DNA from: Rickettsiaceae bacterium 4572_127
Lineage (GTDB): Bacteria > Pseudomonadota > Alphaproteobacteria > Rs-D84 > NBLK01
DNA length: 52,545 bases
NCBI GenBank assembly: GCA_002084505.1
Contig: NBLK01000002.1
Span: 1-52,545, forward strand
Direction of reading: 5' to 3'
Shown here piece by piece: positions 52,159 through 52,545 of the stretch. The notes under the pieces were generated by a model. The model saw only the letters and a list, made by a program, of their open reading frames with translations, did not search any database and was not told the origin of the DNA. A program made the position numbers and the translations under genes. Numbering within the stretch: the first letter of the stretch is position 1; the number at the start of each line of letters is the position of its first letter.

Positions 52159-52545
52159 TTACCCCAAATAACTAATCAAATTTTCAGACACATCGCTTTT
52201 TCCTCTTTGTAGGATATTTTGGACTGCGTTTTTTCCAGCTACAACACCATAGCCATCAAAAGGATTTATATCCCAAAAAAACGCCTCAATAATAGTTTTA
52301 TACTCATAAATAGCAGTTAATTTCCCGATATTTTCAGGCGACAAATCATCCATAACTAGCGTCATTGACGGCTGATTTCCCTCACAAACTTCTGCATCGC
52401 TCATTTCTTTTGTCTTAGCTCGCCCAACAGCAAACGCCTCAGCAAAACCAATTGCATGAGCATTCGTAGTTTTTTGCATTTCTTCTTTTCCTTTTTCCAT
52501 AGCATTTTTTACTAGGATAAAAGTAGACAAAGTCTTCTCAGGATT
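52159..52545 (-). CDS. pgi: glucose-6-phosphate isomerase, C-terminal fragment (ORF continues past window end)
   Basis: GNQPSMTLVMDDLSPENIGKLTAIYEYKTIIEAFFWDINPFDGYGVVAGK matches the conserved PGI C-terminal block (GN.PS...L.P..LG.L.A.YE......W.IN.FDQ.GVE.GK). The frame stays open to 52545. Confidence 0.7.
   Translation of the reverse strand, partial: NPEKTLSTFILVKNAMEKGKEEMQKTTNAHAIGFAEAFAVGRAKTKEMSDAEVCEGNQPSMTLVMDDLSPENIGKLTAIYEYKTIIEAFFWDINPFDGYGVVAGKNAVQNILQRGKSDVSENLISYLG

Noticed and set aside
52501-52545. NPEKTLSTFILV read as the SIS-domain phosphate-binding motif of PGI (PE.TL..V.SKS).
   Set aside because: It lies only about 95 aa from the C-terminal block, far too close for that motif. 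I treat it as a coincidental resemblance and call only the C-terminal fragment.

Overview
AT-rich (about 30% G+C by eye), gene-dense bacterial chromosome segment. It is Gram-negative (lptC-lptA, bamB, kdsD, mDAP-type murE). Gene order hints at an alphaproteobacterium of the Rickettsiales/Holosporales kind: ihfA-merR, tsaB-rimI, and a short ValRS that looks unlike the usual bacterial type. That placement is inference only. The housekeeping backbone is xerD, truB, rpsO, ybgC-merR-ihfA, yfgM-like/bamB, kdsD, rimI, tsaB, murE, ftsI, ftsL, gpmI, dprA, plsY, ftsB, ftsA, mreC, dacA-like, dnaQ, metG, valS, mutL and a pgi 3' fragment, plus one tRNA-His. I found no rRNA, CRISPR array, transposase or prophage. 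Genes very often overlap by 1-20 nt, yet the intergenic space holds several families of modular palindromic repeats, often stacked into 150-600 bp clusters. A second, about 330-bp composite repeat family forms nested inverted repeats around a tiny ArsR-like gene. Candidates for something new: (1) an accessory island between metG and tRNA-His (38.7-45.7 kb) made only of nucleotide/RNA-end and small-molecule modifying enzymes, including a translationally coupled NUDIX / Rossmann-like / CYTH trio. (2) A repeat-bracketed two-gene cassette with an orphan secretin-like lipoprotein (24.4-26.1 kb). (3) The ArsR-like gene framed by long inverted repeats and a palindrome that recurs at other repeat clusters. 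(4) A phased DnaA-box-like cluster at 34.4-34.7 kb. (5) A 601-aa Cys-rich, Q/A-rich secreted protein. (6) Three toxin-antitoxin-type loci, two of them directly abutting or overlapping metG and mutL. All functional calls rest on motifs read from the supplied translations; no database search was possible.
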